DNA of 53,866 bases, the filler included, from Sphacelaria rigidula (Eukaryota): NCBI GenBank assembly GCA_964200075.2. It is 4 parts of 4 records of this genome, joined end to end, with 100 filler letters (N's around TTAATTAATTAA, not from the genome) between each part and the next. Parts side by side here need not be neighbours in the genome. Positions count along the whole stretch, not along the records: positions 1 to 13,393 come from CAXNAA020002912.1; 3 more parts are not named here. One strand, 5' to 3'. Position numbers and translations under genes: made by a program. Below are positions 1 through 11,984 of the stretch, in pieces. Positions within the stretch are counted from its first letter, which is position 1, and the number at the start of each line of letters is the position of its first letter. Below the pieces are notes generated by a model that saw only the letters and a program-made list of their open reading frames with translations, ran no database searches and was not told where the DNA came from.

Positions 1-166
1 TGCGCTTATATTTGGTTCGAAACGATGTTAATCGGCATGAATGAGCGTCACGTATCTATAACAAGCTTATCCGAGCAACCGTTGCTACTTTTAACGACGA
101 TTTGACCTGGAATTTCGTGCAACAAATGGCCCAAAATACCCCCCCCCCGCGATCGTAGGATGACTC
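1..166. mobile_element. Terminal part of a Sola-like MITE truncating the 159-bp array
   Basis: The reverse complement read from 166 is GAGTCATCCTACGATCGC(G)n. This has the same layout as the GAGTGATGCTACGGTAG and GACACTTTCTACGATAG TIRs elsewhere in the window. Array homology starts abruptly at 167. Confidence 0.5.
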
Positions 167-3100
167 TGTCGGAGATTGGGTCTTGGGGGCCAGGGCACGA
201 GGGCCGAAAGCTGACCCCTGGCAAGTAGTTCTGATCTCTATTCGTGATACATCCTGTTGTAGTTACTTGCCACAAGTCAACAACCAACTGTGCGTCCCCG
301 TCGGAGGAGAGGTGAATATCGTGTGTGTCGGAGAGCAGGTCTTGGAGGCCAAGGCACGAGGGCCGACAGTTGACCCCTGGCAAGTAGTCCTGCTCTCTAT
401 CCGTGATACGCTCGGTAGCAATTACTCCCCACGGGTGAACATCCGGCTGCATGTCCCCGTCGAAGGGGAGGTGAATATCGTTCTTGTCATAAATCAGGTG
501 TTGGAGATCCGGGCACGAGGGCCGAAAGCTGACCCCTGGCAAGTAGTTCTGCTCTTTATTCGTGATACATCCTGCAGTAATTACTTGCCACTGGTCAACA
601 AGCGGCTGTGCGTCCCTGTCGGAGGAGAGGTGGATATCGTGTGTGTCGGAGAGCAGGTCTTGGAGGCCAGGCCACGAGGGCCGAAAGTTGACCCCTGGCA
701 AGTAGTTCTGCTCTCTATCCGTGATATACCAGTAATAATTACTTGCCACAGGTGAACATCCGGCTGTATGCAGCCGCCGGAGGGGAAGTGAATATCGTTC
801 GTGTCGGAGATGAGGTCTTGGAGGTCAGGGCACGACGGCCGAAAGATGACCCCTGCCAAGTACTTCTGCTCTCTGTCCGTGATATATACAGTAGTATTAC
901 TTGCCACAAATCGACAACCGGGTGTATGTCCCCGCCGGAGGGGAAGTGAATATCGTTCGTGTCGGAGATTAGGTCCTAGAGGTCAGGGCACGGGGACCGT
1001 GAGTTGACCCCCGGCAAGTAGTTCTGCTCTCCATCGGAGGTACACTTGGTAGGGAATACTCGCCACGGGTGAACAAGCGGCTGTATGTCCCCACCGGAGG
1101 GAAGTGAACAGCGTTCGTGTCGGAGATTGGGTTCTGGACGTCAGGGCACGAGGGCCGGAAGTTGACCCCTAGAAAGTAGTTCTGCTCTCCGTCCGTGGTA
1201 CATACAGTAGGAATTACCTGCCACAGGTGAACAACCGGCTGTGTCTCCCCGCCGGAGGAGAGGTGACTATCGCTCGTGCCGGAGAGCAAGTCTTGGAGGT
1301 CAGGGCACAAGGGCCGAAAATTGAACGCTGGCGAGTAGTTCTTCTCTCTATCCGTGATACATACGGTAGGAGTTCTTCGCCACAGTTCAACAACCGGCTA
1401 TATGTCTCCGCCGGAGGGAAGGTGAATAGGGTTCGTGTCGGAGATGAGGTCTTGGAGGTCAGGGCACGAGGGCCGAAAGTTGACTCCGGGTGAGTAGTTC
1501 TGCTCTCCTCCGTGGTACATACAGTAAGAATTGCTCGCCACAGGTGAACAACCGGCTGTATGTTCCCGCCGGAGGGGAGGTGAACATCGTTCGTGTCGCA
1601 GAGCAGGCGTTGGAGGTTAGGGCACGACGGCCTGAAGCTCACCCCTGGCAAGTAGTTCTGCTCTCTATCCGTGATACACTTAGTAGAAATTGCTCGCCAC
1701 AGGTCGACGACCGGCTGTATATCCCCGCCGGAGGGGAGGTGAATGTCGTTCGTGTCGAAGATTAGGTCCTAGAGGTCAGGGTACGGGGGCCATGAGTTGA
1801 CCCTTGGCAAGTAGTTCTGCTCGCCATGGGAGGTACACTTGGTAGGAAATACTCACCACAGGTGAACAACCGGCTGTATGTCCCCGCCGGAAGGAAGGTG
1901 AATATCAATATTGTCGGAGGTTGGGTTCTGGAGGTCAGGGTACGAGGGCCGGAAGTTGACCCCTGACGAGTAGTCCTGGTCTCCATCCGTGGGACATACA
2001 GTAGGAATAGCATGCCACAGGTGAATATCCGGCGGTTCGTCCCCGCTGGAGGAGAGATGAATATTGTTCGTGCCGGAGAGCAGGTCTTGGAGGTCAGGGC
2101 TCGAGACCCGAAAGTTGACCCCTGGCAAGTAGTTCTGCTCTCTATCCGTTGTACACTTGGTAGGAATTCTTCGTCACAGGTCAACAACCGGCTGTGTGTC
2201 CCCCCCGGAGGAGAGGTGAATATTGTTTTCGTTGAAGATTTGCTCTTGGAGGTCAGGGCACGAGGGCCGAAAGTTGATCTGTGGCAAGTAGTTCTGCTCT
2301 CTAGCCGTGATACATCAGTAGGAATTCTTCGCCACAGGTCAACAAGCGGCTGTATGTCCCCGCCGGAGGGGAGGTGAATATCGCTCGTGTCGGAGAGCAG
2401 GTCTTGGAGGTCAGGGCACGAGGGCCGGAAGTTAACCCCTGGCAGGTAGTTCAGCTCTCTATCCGTGATACATAGAGCATGAATCACTCGCCACAAGTCA
2501 CCAAACGGCTGTATGTAGCCGCCGGAGGGGAGGTGAATATCGTTCGTGTCGCAGAGCAGGCCGTGGACGTCAGGGCACGAGGGCCGAAAGCTGACCCCTA
2601 GCAGGTATTTCTGCTCTCTTTCCGTAATACACTTGGTGGGAAGTACTCGCCACAGGTGAACAACCGGCTGTATGTCCATGTCGGAGGGGAGGTGAATATC
2701 GTTCGTGTCGCAGAGCAGGTCTTGGAGGTCAGGGCACAAGGGCCGAAAGCTGACCCCTAGCAGGTAGTTCTGCTCTCTTTCCGTAATACATCTGGTAGGA
2801 ATTACTCGCCATAGGTGAACAACCGGCTATATGTCCATGTCGGAGGGGAGGTGAATATCGTTCGTGTCGCAGAGCAGGTCTTGGAGGTCAGGGCTCAAGG
2901 GCCGTGAGTTGACCCTTGGCAAGAAGTTCTGTTCGTTATCCGTGATACATCCTGCAGTCACTACTTGCCACAAGTCAACAAGCAGCTGTGTGTCCCCGCC
3001 GGAGAAGACGTGTATATCGTTCGTGTCGGAGTTTGGGTTCTGGAGGTCAGGGCTCAAGGGCCGAAAGTTGATCCCTGGCAAGTAGTTCTGTTCATTATCC

Positions 3101-5055
3101 GTGATACATCCTGCAGTCACTACTTGCCACAGGTCAACATCCGGCTGTGTGTCCCCGCCGGAGAAGAGGTGAATATCGTTCGTGTCGAAGACTGGGTTCT
3201 GGAGGTCAGGGCTCGAGGGCTGAAAGTTGACCCCTGGCAAGTAGTTCTGTTCATTATCCGTGATACATCCTGCAGTAATCACTTGCCACAGGTGAACAAC
3301 CGGCTGTGTGCCCCCGCCGAAGGAGAGGTGAATATCGTTCGTGGGGGTGATTGGGTTCTGGAGGTCAGGGCTCGAGGGCCGAAAGTTGATCGCTGGCAAG
3401 TAGTTCTGTTTTTCATCAAAGGTACACTTGGTAGGAATTACTCGCGACAGGTGAACAACCGCTTGTATGTCCCAGTTGGGCGAGGCATGAATATCGTTCT
3501 TGGCGTAGAGCAGGTCTTGGAGATCGGGACACGAGGGCCGAAAGTTGACCCTTGGCGAGTAGTTCTGCTCTCTATCCATGATACATACGGTAGGAGTTCT
3601 TCGCCAGAGTTCAACAACCGTCTGTATGTCCCAGCCGGAGGAAGGGTGACTATTGTTTTCGTCGGAGAGCAGGCCTTGGACGTCAGAGCACGAGGGCCGC
3701 AAGTTGACTTCGGGTGAGTATTCTGCTCTCCTTCGTGGTACACAGTAGAAATATCACGCCACAGGTCATCAACCAGCTGTATGTAGCCGCCGGGGGAAAG
3801 GTGAATATCGTCCGTGTCGCAGAGCAGGCGTTGGAGGTCGGGGCACGAGGGCCGCAAGCTGACCCCTGGCAAGTAATTCTGCTCTCTATCGGTGATACAC
3901 TCTGTAGGAATTACTCGCCACAGGTCAACAACCGGCTGCGTGTCCCCGCGGAGGGAAGGTGAGTTCCGTACGTATCGGAGAGCAGGTCTTGGAAGTCAGG
4001 CCACAAGGGTCGTGAGTTGACCCCGGGCAAGTAGTTCTGTTCTTCATCCGTGTGGCATCCTGTAGCAGCTACTTGCCACAGGTCAACAAGCGGCTGTGCG
4101 TCCCCGTCGGAGGAGGGGTGAGTATCGTTTGCGTCAGAGATCAGGCCTTGGAGGTCAGGGCACGAGGGCCGAAAGTTGACCCCTGGAAAGCAGTTCTGCT
4201 CTCTATCCGTGATACATTCAGTAGGGAGTTTTTGCCAGAGGTCACCAACCGGCTGTATGTAGCCGCCGAAGGAGAGGTGAATATCGTTTGTGTCGGAGAG
4301 CAGGTCTTGGAGGTCAGAGCACGAGGGCCGAAAGCTGATCCCTGGCAGGTAGTTCTGCTCTCTTTCCGTAATACACTTGGTGGGAAGTACTCGTCACAGG
4401 TGAACAACCGGCTGTATGTCCCCGCCGGAGGGGAGGTGAACATCGTACGTGTCGGAGAGCAGGTCTTGGGGGTCAGGGCACAAGGGCCGTGAGTTGATCC
4501 TGGGCAACTAGTTATGTTCTCTAGCCGTGATACATACTGTAGCTATTACTTGCCACAGGTCAACAGGTCAACAAGCGGCTGTGTCCCCGCCGAAGGAGAG
4601 GTGAATATCGTTCGTGTCGGAGAGCAGGTCTTGGAGGTCAGAGCACGAGGGTCGGAAGCTGACCCCTGGCAAATAGTCCTGCTCGTCATCCGTGATACAT
4701 ACAGAAGGAATTACTCACCACTGGTCAACAACTGGTCAACAACCGGCTCTGTGTCCCCGCCGGAGGGGAGGTGAATATCGTATGTGTCGGAGAGCAGGTC
4801 TTGGAGGTCAGGGCACGAGGGCCGAAAATAGACCCCTGGCAAGTAGTCCTGCTCTCTATCCGTGTTACATAATACTCGCCACAAGTGAACAACCGACTAT
4901 ATGTCTCCGTCGGAGTGGAGGTGAATATCGTTCTTGTCGGAGAGCAGGTCTTGGAGGTCAGGGCACGAGGGCCGAAAGTTGACCCCGGGTAAGTAGTTCT
5001 GCTTTTGATCCGTGGTACATTCAGTAGGAAGTGTTTGCCACAGGTCAATATTCGG
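167..5055 (-). repeat. Tandem array of ~31 diverged 159-bp units; decayed ORF for a 53-aa repeat protein (consensus ~CITDREQNYLPGVNFRPSCPDLQDLLSDTNDIHLPSGGDIQPVVHLWRVIPTV)
   Basis: The motif ggaggtcagggcacgagggccgaaagttgacccctggcaagtagttctgct recurs about every 159 bp, with a few indels. Minus-strand ORFs 48-749, 1762-2739 and 2827-3702 repeat the 53-aa unit. Scattered stops and frameshifts break the frame. Confidence 0.92.
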
Positions 5056-6488
5056 CTCAGTACGGTGGCTCTGACTCCTGATCTTTTGTGTGACATGTGT
5101 GTGCAACGCAGACACCGGAGCGCCTGACACACGGCGTCATTACCTGAAGCATCCTTTGGCCCCCTCATTATATCTCGGCTGCCGTAAAACTCGCTTTTGT
5201 TGCGTTGTTCAATGTGTGAAGCCACGCGGCTGCGGTCAAGGCCGTCGCATTACGGAAAACGACCTACAACCATCAAGGTATCGCGACGAAGACCTCAGAC
5301 TCTGAGCTGAAAGCAGGTGTATCGATCCGTCACTCGTTGGATGGCAGAGCCTTTGTTGGGAGTCATAGATAGGTCCATTTCGACGGGGTTCAGATCATCA
5401 ACACTGGCCGTCGACCTCTTGATGTATTCAAAATACCCCCGAGTGTTTTCATCGTTTTTCCAGCGCAACCTCTGACGTTCAAATTGACCGATCACCGCAT
5501 GAAAACTTTCACAAGTTGACCGGATTTTCAAACAGTGTACGAACCTCTAGTTGGTGTGTATTTTGACCAAAATTACTCACCGTCCCCGTATGACCGGTAA
5601 ACGGGCGAGTACACTGGACCCCGTGTCCGAGTGGGGTGCTCTACATGGCATATAACGAGAAGAAACGGTCCGGGAACCAGTACTGTGGTCGGTGTGACTC
5701 AGCTGAGCCAGAGTGGCGATGTAGCTCCTCCGTATGGATAGTTCTACCGTTGGGGTTCAGAAAATAGATGCAGAGAGGAGGTTCCAGAACAGAGTCTGAT
5801 GGATGGAGAGTTTGCGCAAGACGGCGAGCTCCCACCTGAATCACCTTCCCACCTGGTACCCTTCCCAACTATAATGGGACACGGTTCATCCGGAGTATCC
5901 AGAAGTAGTATTAAGACAGCCGATGTAGACCAAGTGTGGTGACTCACAAGAGAGGGCTCATCATAGATTAAGAGATTAAGAACGGGTAACCATCACGCGC
6001 TCTTGAGGTACGTCAACGACATATCGTCTTGGAGAGGCCATACCACTAGCTATTTGCTGGCGGCAGATATTGTCGAACACCCCGAATAGCAATCAAACTT
6101 CACCTTCTAACCACAGAGCGCGACATCTACGCTCTGGACATTACCGTGTAAATGCTGGGATGACATTCAACACATGTCCGCGCGCACATTTTGCAACAGT
6201 TTATGCTCGTTTCTTGAGGAAAAGTGGCAACATGAGATTCCATATACAACACGATGTTGTGTTGCAATGAAAAGGCGCCTACAGACCAGTACGTCCGTTT
6301 AATCCGATGTAGTCGAATGGGCTCGTGGTGTCGTATCTAAACTCCGACACAGAGATAGCACAGCATCACCGAACGACCACCTTCATCACACAAAACATGC
6401 TACAAACTCGTGAGATGCGGAACAAACTGTCGACTCTCAAGTTACACAAAGAGTAAACTGGACGAGTCGTGTCGAGAGCTGCAGGTAG

Positions 6489-6491
<3 letters not shown>

Positions 6492-6538
<47 letters not shown>
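6492..6538. repeat. (AG)n microsatellite, ~23 units, downstream of the GST_N gene stop
   Basis: Read directly from the sequence. Confidence 0.97.
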
Positions 6539-6542
<4 letters not shown>

Positions 6543-6777
6543 AAAGTGCCCAATTTACTCCTTCATTCTACGCTTCGCTTGTCGTAAACGCTCGAATATC
6601 AGTTTCTACGCCGATGGGTTCTTCAAAGTGTGTCCAAAGCAGCAAATATAAAAGGAGACGTCAAGCCTGAGCCCCGCCAGTCGTGATTGCCCGCACCATA
6701 TACTCCTCAAACAGACTCGGAGCGCAGATGGATGACGCGAGGCACGGTATAAAAACCACATGTATTCATTCACGCGC

Positions 6778-9700
6778 TCAGAGAGCGTACGTCTTCTCCA
6801 GATAGTCCACTATCTCGGAGCTCTCGTAACCCCTAGCACCCGTGTTGGGGTCAATCAGGTAAGGTGTCTGGCCTGCCCCAGCCATCTCGAACAGTTGTTG
6901 GCGCTGCCGAGGGAACACGTGGAGCCAAAAGCAAACAAGCAAACAAACAAAACGTCAATAAATAGGACAAGGAAAAACTATACCTCAGGCTACTTCTTGG
7001 GATATTTCTCATGCATAAAAATAAAAATAAAAAATGTTGAAAAGTGCGTTTTGACCCTTCTCCGTCGTTTTTTCCCCGAAAAGAGGGCTGGGACGATGTC
7101 GACACCTTGGGATGACTTGCTCTACTCGCTGAGACCGTTCTGGAGCTCCTTTCGTGTTTTCCGTATGCAGTGTTTCGTTTTTGGCCATACTTGCATCTTC
7201 AATAACAAATGGTCAAGTTATCAAAAAACAGGGGTAAAAGTGCTATTTTGTTCAATAACTTGACCATTTGTTATTGAAAATGCAAGTGTGGCCAAAAACG
7301 GAACTGTGACCTTTGGAAAACGCAAACGTGCTATTGAACGGCCTCAGTGAGCAGAGCAAGTCATTCCAAGGTGTCGACATCCGCCTGGTCCTCACGGAGA
7401 AGGGCCGAAAATGCACTTTTCAACAAGTTTTGTTTTTCGATACATGAGGCCTCTGATGTACCAAAAAAAACTTTTTGAAAAGTGCATTTTCGGCTCGTCT
7501 CCGTCGTGTTTCCCCCGAAAAGAGGACTAGGCGGATGTCGACACCTTGGAATGACTTGCTCTACTCGCTGAGACCGTTCAAGAGCACCTACGCGTTTTCC
7601 GCAGGTCGCAGTTCCGTTTTTGGTCAAACTTGCATCTTCAACAACAAACGGTCAAATTATCAGAAAGCAGGGGGAAAACTGCCATTTTTGTGTATAGCTC
7701 TGTGTGAGTACCAGGGTAGTCCACAAGTTTTCCACTCGTCTACAACCGCCCCTCCGTTCCAGGAACGTTCATATCTCCGGCATCGTTCCGGGAACGTTCT
7801 CAGGAACACTAGTCTGTCCCGACCGGATCATTGTCTATTCCGTCCGGGTCATTATCTATTCCGTCCGGGCCATTGTCTATTCCGTCCGGGTCAATGTCTA
7901 TCCCGTCCGGGTCAATGTCTTCCCGTCCCCGGAGTAATAGTCATACTCCAACTCGAGACAGTACCGATCCCGGTGCCCTCTCGAAGCACTTCTTCTCTCG
8001 ATCCTGGAGTTTCCCTCCACACAAGAACGAACTATCTAGGCACGTCCCACGACTTAGTCCGGGGCTCCTGAGACTACCACTCCCACACCTAGAGGTGGTA
8101 GCCTTCCTTGCCCGTTTGTTGTTGAAAATGCAAGTTTCACCAAAAACGAAACTGTGACCTACGGAAAACGCAAAGGTGCTCTAGAACGGTCTCAGCGAGT
8201 AGAGCAAGTCCTTCCAAGGTGTCGACATCCGCCTAGTCCTCTTTTCGGAGGAGAAACAATGGAGAAGGGCCAAAAATGCGCTTTTCAACAAGTTTTTTTT
8301 TCTCTGTACAAAAGAAGTAGCCTAAGAACTCGTTCTTGTTCTTGTTTTTTCAGCCCAGCCTATCGTGCCACATATGCATCCACCACGCATTTGCAAAAAT
8401 TCAGCCAAACTGCATCAAACAAGCCCTTCCACGGCTTACCGGTACTCGATCTCCCGTCTTTCGAAAACGAAACAGTTTTTCGCACACAGCACGCACACAC
8501 ACCTTCGGACTGCCCCTGGCTGCGGATATGAACTTGTGCGGGATTTCCAGCTCGCACAACTTTTCGCGCACCACCTGTCAGACAAGGTGTGAAAAATCGA
8601 GCACGTGACCGTTATCGAGGGACCCACCTCGCAGGTACATTTTGAACAGCAGCGCCTCGGGATGTTGTTGAACCGACTCGAGGCGTTGAGTGATGCTACG
8701 GTAGGGGGGGCGTACTCATTTGTTGCTTGCCTTAGTCATTTGACCATTGACCACGCATCCCTTTCGAGACGGAGCACAACGGTAGGGGTGCACAAATATT
8801 TTCTGTTAGGAGCCCTTCATCTCATCCAAAACACGACTTATAATATTCGAGAGTACGCCAGGAATACTCTTGCAATGTGCTTCAACAGGGATATCCCAGA
8901 TGAATCTTGAAACGGGGATGCCCTGACCCATATTCTTGCGCATCTAGAATCGTTGGGAGCCCCTGGCCCGGACAACATTTTACGCGAAAAGTGCACCCCT
9001 ACCGTAGCATTGCTCTATCGGCGAAAACAAAAACAGGCGTATGCGGCGACAGTAACAACATTGACAGCGAGTACGACCGACAACTCAAGCGGTCTGTGAA
9101 ATGACTTCGTGGAAATATTGTGTGCGCGCATACTTTGTGAGAGCCCCCCTTCCAAAACGTCAGGATAAAACCAATCACAACTTCCACGAGTCCCGTACCT
9201 TTGTGAAAGGAGACGCCTCGTAACCCCACAGCTCCAGGGTCTTCTTTGGCATTTTCGCCTGGGGAAGATCGATGGAGGCGCGGGCACGTGAGCGTACGGA
9301 GGGAGGGTTGCGAACAGGCCTTTTTATTCGCTGCTTGCGCCGGTCATTCGACCATGGACCAAACTTCCCTTCCGAGACGAAGCATCGTTCCTACTCCCGA
9401 TAACATCGGAAGGGGGGTAGGGGGAGGGTCTCATAATCCCGTAGAGCCCTTCAGGATGGACTGGGGGGTGCCAAGGTTAGCCGCAGTACACGTTGCTTCA
9501 CGGAGGCCAGTGCAGGTGCTCAACATGTTTGGTGCCCCCACTATCCACGAAGTGGAAGATTTAAAGGGTCGGACGAATGAATGATTCGTCCGGAAATCAT
9601 TCGATTTTACTGTAATTAATTTTCACCGTACAAATGAATCTTCAGGCTTCGTTTGCCGCGTTACGTGCCGGGTACGTGCAGCCCGGGCACATGGAATGGC

Positions 9701-9985
9701 GCAAAAGTTGCGTGGAGACCTGTTTGACCAGAGGTCGACTTTTTTTCTCTCTTTCGCGCAATCGGGCCTGAGGAATCGTGGATTTGGTTATTCGAACCGG
9801 CAATCATTCGTCCGAACCGTTGAAGATCCCTCGACTTCCAACACTTGGCATCGGTGGGTAGGGAACAAACGAAGGGGCCCACACGGACGCACCGGGGTAT
9901 ACTTGCCGCCTTTCAAGACTCGGGGAAGCATCCCCAGGCCTGTTGTCAGCGTTGTAAGCGGTCCAGCTGACAACAGGAAGGGCAC
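6778..9985 (-). CDS. 3' part of a glutaredoxin/GST N-terminal domain protein (2xGST_N family, similar to plant At5g03880-type thioredoxin-fold proteins); 5' exons not found in this contig
   Basis: Four phase-0 exons with canonical AG/GT boundaries: 9985-9893 (VPFLLSAGPLTTLTTGLGMLPRVLKGGKYTP), 9258-9199 (AKMPKKTLELWGYEASPFTK), 8574-8503 (VVREKLCELEIPHKFISAARGSPK) and 6903-6778 (RQQLFEMAGAGQTPYLIDPNTGARGYESSEIVDYLEKTYAL*). The motifs YExSPF-x-KxVRE-L-ELE, PYLxDPNTG and ES-x-EIVxYL are typical of the family. Confidence 0.9.
7691..8105. mobile_element. Unclassified ~415-bp insertion in the loop of the second hairpin
   Basis: Absent from the equivalent loop of the first hairpin. Begins TGTATAG and ends in a small hairpin (gactaccac...gtggtagcc). 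Confidence 0.5.
7828..7930. repeat. 21-bp minisatellite, ~5 copies (tcattgtctattccgtccggg)
   Basis: Read directly from the sequence. Confidence 0.9.
8688..9015. mobile_element. Sola-like MITE, family S1 (TIR GAGTGATGCTACGGTAGGGG), rearranged copy
   Basis: Left end gagtgatgctacggtagggg, right end gtgcacccctaccgtagcattgctc. The body is homologous to 30670-30924 and 37322-37580. Confidence 0.7.
9560..9825. mobile_element. MITE with imperfect TIRs (gggtcggacgaatga...tcattcgtccgaaccg)
   Basis: Inverted termini. A second diverged copy at ~43758-44019 shares cacatggartggcgcaaaagttgcgtgga. Confidence 0.65.
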
Positions 9986-11984
9986 CTGCCGTTGCAGTAG
10001 GCATGGACAGCGCAGGGAGAACAAAGAAACATAAGAAATTGGACCGCGATTTTCTGATTGGGAAGAATATGTGTACATATCTATAGCCTCTAATCGGCCA
10101 ATATTCCTTGGTTGACGTCAGACGTCATACACGGCCCTTTGGAGCGTAGAGACTTTTGGACATATATGATGCCACGGCGTAGATATTGGTATATTTCCGT
10201 CAGCGGGTTTTGGAGTGTAGTTTTTTTTCTTCTCAAAAATGGATTCGCCAAACGAGACATGAAAAACCTGAACTTGAGCGGCGCGGAGTTTTCGGGTTGG
10301 TGGAAAAATTGGCCGGTTGCCGTGGTTGGCCGAGCAAGCTCCAACGTCCATACACGGTTCTGGGTGTGGATGAGGTGCCTAACGACCGAAAAACGTTGTA
10401 CGAAAAAAAAAACACGGAGGAATAATGAACACATCATCAGGTGGTCGCACCTCTGCCGAGCGGAACACGAATAGAACACACGCTTCATCCCTTATTAATT
10501 TGGTTTTGTATGCGACATCTGTAGCACTCTTCTTCGCGAGTTTCTCGACACCGAAAACAAGCCGATCCACGGCACTCTACTGACCCTCGCGTACACAACA
10601 GGTAGGCCAAGTCGTTATCCCTTTCCTCAATTCGCCACAGCAGACCCGAAAAGCCCCACAAACTGAAATGTATATATATATATATATATTTATGTCTAAC
10701 TAAGATTACGTGTGAACGCTCCCGTGCAAGCGGGTCAACTACACCTACTCTTAAAACAGTACACTTCACAAAACCCTTAAGCTCTACCTCACCCTGCGAC
10801 ATTTTTCATTTTCGCGAGCTTGATGAGAAAGTGCAATGTTTTCCCATCATCGTTCACGTCCGACGAGGGCGAGATTCGACCTCCGACCCAAGGAGTCAGT
10901 GCCTGAAAGTGTGCGCGTAATAGGCAGTACGCGGAGCCCTGATGACGGATCTGACACTTTGATTTTGAAAAACGGAAATTTCACGTATACATGCATACAC
11001 GCGATGAACACAGGTGACACCAGACTGCAGAACGATTTCTTGGAGTTCGGCGAATTTTGGTGCCGCAGTTTTTTTGTTCTTTCTTCGTATCTTTTCGGGT
11101 TGTCTATTATTTTGGCAATCGCAGCCTTCATTGTATATGTACAACACATGACGTTCAAACAGTAACGCGATTATAATTATATGTCCTTACACCATAAGCG
11201 TCTGAAGCGTGTAAGCGCGACATATGCGTGCGTCATATCAATATGATTTCAATCAACAACAATCGTGGGCGCGGTGTTTGTTGCTGCCTGTTTGCAGGCC
11301 TTCCTGTGCTCCTGAAATTCGATTTCCCGGCGTTCGGGGTTCGGTGAAACCAACAGCCGATTTCCCGCGGTTCGGTGAATTTTGGAGCCGGATTTTATTG
11401 TCTTTGTCTGTACTGTCTGCATTGCCTGCAAGCAGTGTCTTGGGTGCGTGTGTGCGTGTTTCCTTCAGGAGGATATATAAGAGAAGCGGGCAACGTGCAG
11501 TGCATACAGCCCTGGACTATCAGTTCTCTCTTACAATGCGCCGTGAAGAGGACTTCAACAACGTGCAGCTTTGTGCTGCCTGCACTGTCCATGAGCGTGC
11601 ACGCAACTCGGTTGCGCACCGTACCACGCAGTTTCGTCGCTGATCCCTACCATGAGAGAATATGCGAAGTCACGTTTTCGCCAACAAAAATAAACAAAGC
11701 ATATGCAACTTCTGCAGTGTATCTATCCCCGGGCTCAACTCGTGCGCTATGCTGGAAGATTGCGGTGGTAGCTGAGAATGAGTTGGATGGAGTTTGCATG
11801 GTCCTGTGAACAGGTGTCATCTGGCGTGGTGGTCTGTAAGATAGGAGTCAAGTGCCGCTTCGTGCCTTTCGATCGCACGTTTTCGATCGAACACGAATGT
11901 TTCCAACCTCGTTGCACCCTTCTCCGCGCGCCCCGAATTTTAGTTTCGAGTTGAAGCCTTCTGGGAACATAAATGCGGTTCACG

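Larger units (their letters stand above)
6988..8322. mobile_element. Double fold-back (A-A'-A-A') MITE-like element, possibly PIF/Harbinger type, in the last GST intron
   Basis: Arms of ~200 bp alternate in orientation (~7030-7222, 7254-7435, 7465-7660, 8106-8300). The outer termini GGCTACTTCTT...AAGAAGTAGCC are flanked by TCA and TAA. Confidence 0.75.

Noticed and set aside
183-4774. Plus-strand ORFs (VNIVRVGEQVLEVRARGPK) and the second minus frame (TSKTCSPTRT)
   Set aside because: These are shadow frames of the repeat. Synonymous variation fits the DLQDLLSD minus frame better.
167-5055. CRISPR-like array (conserved blocks with a variable window)
   Set aside because: The variable segments are homologous variants, not unique spacers. 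The unit is 159 bp, the context is eukaryotic, and there are no cas genes.
6760-8531. ORFs overlapping the fold-back arms
   Set aside because: They are intronic or antisense frames arising from repeats and show no protein motifs.
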